A stretch of 64,000 bases of DNA from Dehalococcoidia bacterium. Its GTDB lineage: Bacteria; Chloroflexota; Dehalococcoidia; UBA2979. The notes beneath the pieces are model-generated. The model had not been told where the DNA came from and did not search any database. It saw nothing but the letters and a program-made list of their open reading frames with translations. Below, one piece after another: positions 59,479 through 64,000 of this stretch (positions are counted from its first letter, which is position 1; every line of letters starts with the position of its first letter). The stretch is from positions 2,112,001 through 2,176,000 of the forward strand of contig OZ244720.1 of NCBI GenBank assembly GCA_965219085.1, read 5' to 3'. The translations under genes were made by a program, and so were the position numbers.

Positions 59479-60726
59479 ATGGCCGAGACGGCGATTCCCC
59501 CACCCGGCATCGAGCGCAGCCTGCGGCTGCTGCCGTGGTGGTGGGTGTTGCGCTGGGCCTGGCTCGGTGAGGGGATCTGGGTCATCTACCTGATCGAGGA
59601 CCGTGGCCTCACCCTCGGCCAGATTCTGCTCCTCGAAGCCGTGGTGTTCGGCGTGACGGTGCTCGCCGAGGTGCCCACGGGTATGGTCGCCGACCGCTAC
59701 ACACGACGATTGAGCATGCTCCTCGGTTCGGTCGTCGCCGCGGGGGGGTTCGTGGTGTTCGGACTGGCGAGCTCCATCGCGATGCTGATGGGCGCCTACG
59801 TGCTGTTTGCCGTCGGCGGCGCGCTGATGAGCGGCGCCGACGAGGCGTTCCTCTACGACTCGTTGCGCGCGGTGGGACGATCGAACGAGTTCGCCGGGGT
59901 CTTCGGCCGCTTCAACGCGCGGATGACGGTCGGCATCGCGTTTTTCACGGTGGCCGGTGGCCTCATGGTCATCTGGACGCCACTGTCGTGGCCGATTGTG
60001 GTGAGTGGCGTGCTGTCGTTGTTCGCCGCGGGATTCGCGCTGCTGCTCGTCGAGCCGCCGCGAGAACGGTCGGAGCGCTCGTTCCTGCGCATCGGCCGCA
60101 GCGCGGCCGGGCGCGTGCTGCAGACGCGCGCGCTGCGCTGGATCATCGTCGTCTCGGCGACGGTGCAGGGCATCGAGTTGGTGGCGTTCACGACGTTCCA
60201 GCCGATCCTCGTGGGCGAGGGCGTTCCGGTGTGGGCGCTTGGCTGGGTGGCGGCGGCAATGATGCTGGTCGCAGCGGCCGGCGGGTGGTCGTCGTGGCGG
60301 GTGCGGCAGGGCCTCGGCCTGAGCCGCTCGTTGGGCCTGCTGCCGGCGCTCGCCGCGCTCGGTATCCTCGGCGGCGCGAGCGGACTGCTCTGGCTGTTCC
60401 CCGTGTTCGCGTGCGCGATGTTCGTGCGCGAGGCGCTGCACCCGCTTGTCGTCGAGTACCTCTCGAGGCGCGTGCCGGACGGGGAGCGGGCGACCATGCT
60501 GTCGGTGCACCAGCTCGCGGCGTGGTGCGCGACGATCGGCATCTCACTCGGTCTCGGGCTTGCCGTCGACCGCGTCGGGCTCGGGCTGTCGCTCGGCGCG
60601 GCGAGCGTGGTGCTGCTCGTGATCGTGATCGCCGGCTACGCGCTGTGGCGCGCCGCGGGTGACCGCGAGCCGTTCCCCGCCGGGAGCGAGGAGAGCGCCG
60701 GCGGCGAGGTAGTCGAGGCACCCTAA
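59479..60726 (+). CDS. MFS transporter
   Basis: EVPTG..ADRY.RR, SGADEA.LYDSL, ERAT.LS. Confidence 0.92.
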   Translation: MAETAIPPPGIERSLRLLPWWWVLRWAWLGEGIWVIYLIEDRGLTLGQILLLEAVVFGVTVLAEVPTGMVADRYTRRLSMLLGSVVAAGGFVVFGLASSIAMLMGAYVLFAVGGALMSGADEAFLYDSLRAVGRSNEFAGVFGRFNARMTVGIAFFTVAGGLMVIWTPLSWPIVVSGVLSLFAAGFALLLVEPPRERSERSFLRIGRSAAGRVLQTRALRWIIVVSATVQGIELVAFTTFQPILVGEGVPVWALGWVAAAMMLVAAAGGWSSWRVRQGLGLSRSLGLLPALAALGILGGASGLLWLFPVFACAMFVREALHPLVVEYLSRRVPDGERATMLSVHQLAAWCATIGISLGLGLAVDRVGLGLSLGAASVVLLVIVIAGYALWRAAGDREPFPAGSEESAGGEVVEAP

Positions 60727-61175
60727 AGCTCCAACAACTCACCGCGCTCACTCACCTCTATCTGGCTGACAATTAGCTGACGGACTGTGTGCCGCCCTCC
60801 CTGCGAAACGTGAGCAACAACGACCTTGCCTCGCTGGGGCTGTCCGACTGCGGGACACCGACCGATGTCTCGTACGGCGAGCACACACTCAGCGAGGGTA
60901 GCTATCAGTTCACCCTCGTCGATGCGCCCCTGCACTTTGAGGTGCCCGCAGGCCTCCGGCTTGAAGTCGTGGGCTTCGTGGTCTCCGACGCTGCAGAAGG
61001 GGGTTCATCCAGCGTTGGGCTTATCCTGCGCAACACGGCGGGCAGGTCGTGGATCTGCCTGGACGTGGAGGAAGCGGAGGAGTGCAACCGCTGGGTGTCC
61101 GTCTCGAACGCAGGGACGGTCGAGCCGCTGCTCGACCGCCTCGCCGAATCCGCCTGGATGGGTGAAGCACCATGA
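60726..61175 (+). pseudogene. 5'-truncated leucine-rich-repeat protein fragment
   Basis: KLQQLTALTHLYLADN*LTDCVPPSL..V.NNDL..LGL..C; in-frame TAG at 60774-60776; parallels the next gene. Confidence 0.72.
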
Positions 61176-62560
61176 AGTTGAGCCTCCTGGCCGCGACGCT
61201 CGTGCTGGCCGCCATGCTGCTCGGCGTGTCCGCAGGCGAGGGACTTCCCCGTGCCGACGCTGCCGACGACGCCGGCGGGGAGGTCATCGTCGAGCTCCGT
61301 ATCTGGCAGGACGTGAACGACGAGCAGAACCTGCACGTGAGCGCCCGCCTGCAAGGGGGCAGGTGGGACGCACACGGGACGCGGGCGGTCCAGTTGCAGT
61401 ATGGGCTGGGCGGCCTGGGGAGGTACAACTACGACACGCTATCGATCGGCGGTGTGGAGCTGGGTATCTGGCAGCGGAAGCCGCAGGCTCCGGGTGCGTA
61501 CCGCATTGACGTGGTGCGAGACCCGTACTACGGCTACCGGTTTGTCCAGGTGGAAGATGAGGAGCGGGATTCGGGTCCCCTCCCTGTCTTCGTGCGGGCC
61601 TGCGGCAAGGAGTGTGCCGTGGGTTGGTGGGAGTTTCGCGCGGCTTGGCAGGAGTTGGGGGCCGTGCGGCTCCTGCTCGATGACGGCCACAGCCCGAGCG
61701 GCCGGTACCGCTACGGCGACATGACTATCGCAGTGTTGCCCACTTCCGGACTCCTCGCGGATCGCGAGTACCTGCTGGCGCTGCGCGACCCGCTCGCGGG
61801 TACCGGCGCGCTGAATTGGAGCGCGGGAACCCCGGTTGCGCAGTGGGAAGGGGTCGTGGTCGAGGGGGCTCCGCCGCGCGTTACGGCGTTGCGGCTGACA
61901 GGCCTCGGGCTGGCCGGCGAGATGTGGGGCTGGCTGGCCGACCTTACCGAGCTGCGAGAGCTCTGGCTGGACGACAACCCCCTCCTCAGGGGCGGGATTC
62001 CATCGAAGCTGATGAACCTGGAAAAGCTCACGCATCTGTACCTCGGTGGTGACCGCCTGTCGGGGTGCGTCCCGCCGCCACTGCTGGCCGTGCCCAACAA
62101 CAACCTCGACCGGGTGGACTTGCGGCCGTGCCCTCCTGTGGCACAGGTGAGCAGAGCGTGGGGTCGCGACGGGTTCGTGTTCAGAGGGGGCAACTACGAC
62201 GGTGGCGGAGTGGGCGGCTTTGACGTTGGTGGGGCGGGCACCTACTTGTTCAGGACCCGGGGTATGGTCTTCGACATGCCCGTGCGCGCCTGGCTGACGG
62301 TGGCCTGGTCGGAAGCCCTGGCTACCCCGACGATGGGTGACATCGACCCAGGGCCTCCAGGCGAGTCCTACAACTGCCTCCAGGTCTACGGGGGCTTAGG
62401 CGGGCCATTTCTGGTCGACTATGTCACCGGGGCCTGGATCGCCTATTACGACACCGGCGAGGAGTGTGAGCGGCACGTTCCACCGCAACTCCCGCAGTAC
62501 GAGGCAATCTTCGATCAACTCAGCGCGTCGCTCTGGGTACCCCGGAGGGCTCCATGGTGA
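61172..62560 (+). CDS. Secreted leucine-rich-repeat protein
   Basis: Signal peptide; LNW......W.GV cap; LTELRELWL..N, IPS.L..L.KL..LYL, L.GCVP. Confidence 0.85.
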   Translation: MKLSLLAATLVLAAMLLGVSAGEGLPRADAADDAGGEVIVELRIWQDVNDEQNLHVSARLQGGRWDAHGTRAVQLQYGLGGLGRYNYDTLSIGGVELGIWQRKPQAPGAYRIDVVRDPYYGYRFVQVEDEERDSGPLPVFVRACGKECAVGWWEFRAAWQELGAVRLLLDDGHSPSGRYRYGDMTIAVLPTSGLLADREYLLALRDPLAGTGALNWSAGTPVAQWEGVVVEGAPPRVTALRLTGLGLAGEMWGWLADLTELRELWLDDNPLLRGGIPSKLMNLEKLTHLYLGGDRLSGCVPPPLLAVPNNNLDRVDLRPCPPVAQVSRAWGRDGFVFRGGNYDGGGVGGFDVGGAGTYLFRTRGMVFDMPVRAWLTVAWSEALATPTMGDIDPGPPGESYNCLQVYGGLGGPFLVDYVTGAWIAYYDTGEECERHVPPQLPQYEAIFDQLSASLWVPRRAPW

Positions 62561-62656
62561 GTACCCCGGAGGGCTCCATGGTGAGTACCCCGGAGGGCTC
62601 CATGGTGAGTACCCCGGAGGGCTCCATGGTGAGTACCCCGGAGGGCTCCATGGTGA
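62537..62656. repeat. Five perfect 24-bp tandem repeats
   Basis: GTACCCCGGAGGGCTCCATGGTGA x5; first copy contains the LRR gene stop. Confidence 0.96.
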
Positions 62657-62821
62657 TGAAGCGCTTGCCCTGGTGGTCGGTCGGGAACGAACGAGTCCGG
62701 CGTGAGCGCGAGCATGATGTCGGCCTGACGCTCGGCGTCGCCTCGCATGGGGCAGCCTCCAGGCTACGCTCCCGCCGCCCCCACCCTCCTGCCAGACGGC
62801 CTCGCCTTTTTCAGCAGCCTG
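62657..62821 (-). mobile_element. Left-end remnant of an IS5-like element
   Basis: CAGGCTGCTGAAAAAGG end and MRGDAERQADIMLALTPDSFVP match the left end and N-terminus of the element at 42072. Confidence 0.88.
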
Positions 62822-62825
62822 TTAG

Positions 62826-62870
62826 GTGCCCTCAAATGCCCTGAAGTGCCCTGAAGTGCCCTTAAGTGCC
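62826..62870. repeat. About 4.5 copies of a 10-bp unit
   Basis: GTGCCCT(C/G/T)AA periodicity. Confidence 0.8.
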
Positions 62871-62921
62871 GAGCCCCGGGGCGGGGGATCCCCGGGGCTG
62901 GCGAGTCGATCGTCCGCGCCG

Positions 62922-63359
62922 TTAGCTGGTGCGGATCTCGATCTGGCGGGGCTGCGGCTGCTCCTGCAGCGGCAGGCTCAGCGTCAGCACGCCGTCGGTG
63001 AGCTCCGCGTCCACCTCGGCGTCCTGCACGACGTCCGGCAGGGCGATGCGACGGCTCACGGAGCTGATGTGACGCTCACGCCGGTACCAGCGCCCCTCGC
63101 TGGTCTCGTCCGCGGCGGCGTGCTTCGCGTTGATCGAGAGCACGCCCTCGTGGACCTGGATGTCGATGTCGTCCTTGTCGAAGCCGGGCAGCGACGCCCG
63201 CACCTGGAGCTTGCCGTCGCGCTCGTAGATGTCGACGGGCAGGGCGCCCTCGTCCCACGAGTGGGTGTGGATGGGCTTGAAGAACGACTCGTCGAAGAGC
63301 CGGTCCATCACCTGGCGCATCCCCACGAACGGGTCGCGACGAACCATGATGTCTGCCAT
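62922..63359 (-). CDS. Hsp20/alpha-crystallin small heat-shock protein
   Basis: PVDIYE, LPG..KDDI.I, RER, A.L.DGVLTL.LP. Confidence 0.95.
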   Translation of the reverse strand: MADIMVRRDPFVGMRQVMDRLFDESFFKPIHTHSWDEGALPVDIYERDGKLQVRASLPGFDKDDIDIQVHEGVLSINAKHAAADETSEGRWYRRERHISSVSRRIALPDVVQDAEVDAELTDGVLTLSLPLQEQPQPRQIEIRTS

Positions 63360-63502
63360 TGCTGTGTCCTTTCCTTCGTTCCTGTCCCGTGGCCGGCTCC
63401 GCCGGCCGAGCGTCCGATGTGTCCTCGGAACGCCGCTTGCTGAGGATTGCCGGGGCACAGCGCGCGGTCGGATCAGCGCGCTTGACCCGGTGACGTGCGG
63501 GC

Positions 63503-63643
63503 CTAGTTGAAGCCGAACGGCGGGCTCTGCACCGCCGCGCCCACGCGCACGAGCGCTACCTGCAGGTCGGCGGGCGAAAGCTGGCTGGGCTGTGCCGAGC
63601 CGTCCGCGCGCCGTACTGCCTCGATGTAGCTGGTCAGGTTCAA
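63503..63643 (-). CDS. 46-aa small ORF upstream of hsp20
   Basis: AGGAGG then TTG; MNLTSYIEAVRRADGS...PPFGFN; below the ORF-track cutoff. Confidence 0.5.
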   Translation of the reverse strand: MNLTSYIEAVRRADGSAQPSQLSPADLQVALVRVGAAVQSPPFGFN

Positions 63644-63759
63644 ACGGTTCCTCCTGTGCGTGCCCGACTGGGGTGTCGGGCGGCCACTCGCTCACTTCCG
63701 GTGTGCTCTTCGGTCCGCGTGTTCGTTACCTGATCGTGTCCTTCTTGTGCATGAACAGG

Positions 63760-63788
63760 ATGATATGTGCTGGCTCTTGCGATGTCAA
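63760..63788 (-). promoter_or_regulatory. Sigma70-type promoter for sORF-hsp20
   Basis: TTGACA-17 nt-TATCAT. Confidence 0.75.
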
Positions 63789-63792
63789 TACT

Positions 63793-63813
63793 CCTGAGTG
63801 GGAGACGCTCAAG
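63793..63813. promoter_or_regulatory. HAIR-like (HspR) operator
   Basis: CCTGAGT-N7-GCTCAAG versus consensus CTTGAGT-N7-ACTCAAG, between divergent hsp20 and dnaJ. Confidence 0.72.
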
Positions 63814-63824
63814 TAATCTAGTGA

Positions 63825-64000
<176 letters not shown>

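Noticed and set aside
62537-62656. CRISPR array or repeat-coded peptides
   Set aside because: Perfect head-to-tail 24-mers without spacers; overlapping ORFs are just repeat translations

Overview
High-GC bacterial chromosome segment. Gene content (short EF-Ts, nusA operon without rimP, many apparently leaderless genes, LRR surface proteins) suggests Chloroflexota/Dehalococcoidia; this is inference. Core content: frameshifting prfB, an inositol-phospholipid (PIM-like) cluster (ino1, two acyltransferases, PHP phosphoesterase, PimA-like GT4, pgsA), nusA-ylxR-infB-rbfA-truB, proS, rpsB-tsf-frr-uppS-cdsA-dxr-rseP-ispG, an NrtR-controlled nadA/B/C operon, miaB, sucCD, trxB, hpt, adenosine deaminase, hsp20 and the start of dnaJ, plus two tRNA-Ser genes. 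Accessory content: five type II toxin-antitoxin pairs plus an orphan mini-antitoxin, a complete IS5-like element (CTAG target duplication) and a remnant of a relative, a methyltransferase-Mrr fusion, a nine-repeat lipoprotein, LRR genes, tandem repeats and several disrupted genes. The strongest candidate for an uncharacterised system is a DUF3800 (RNase H-like) gene followed by two copies of a structured non-coding RNA unit at 19538-19791. Many start sites were re-called by hand from the ORF track.
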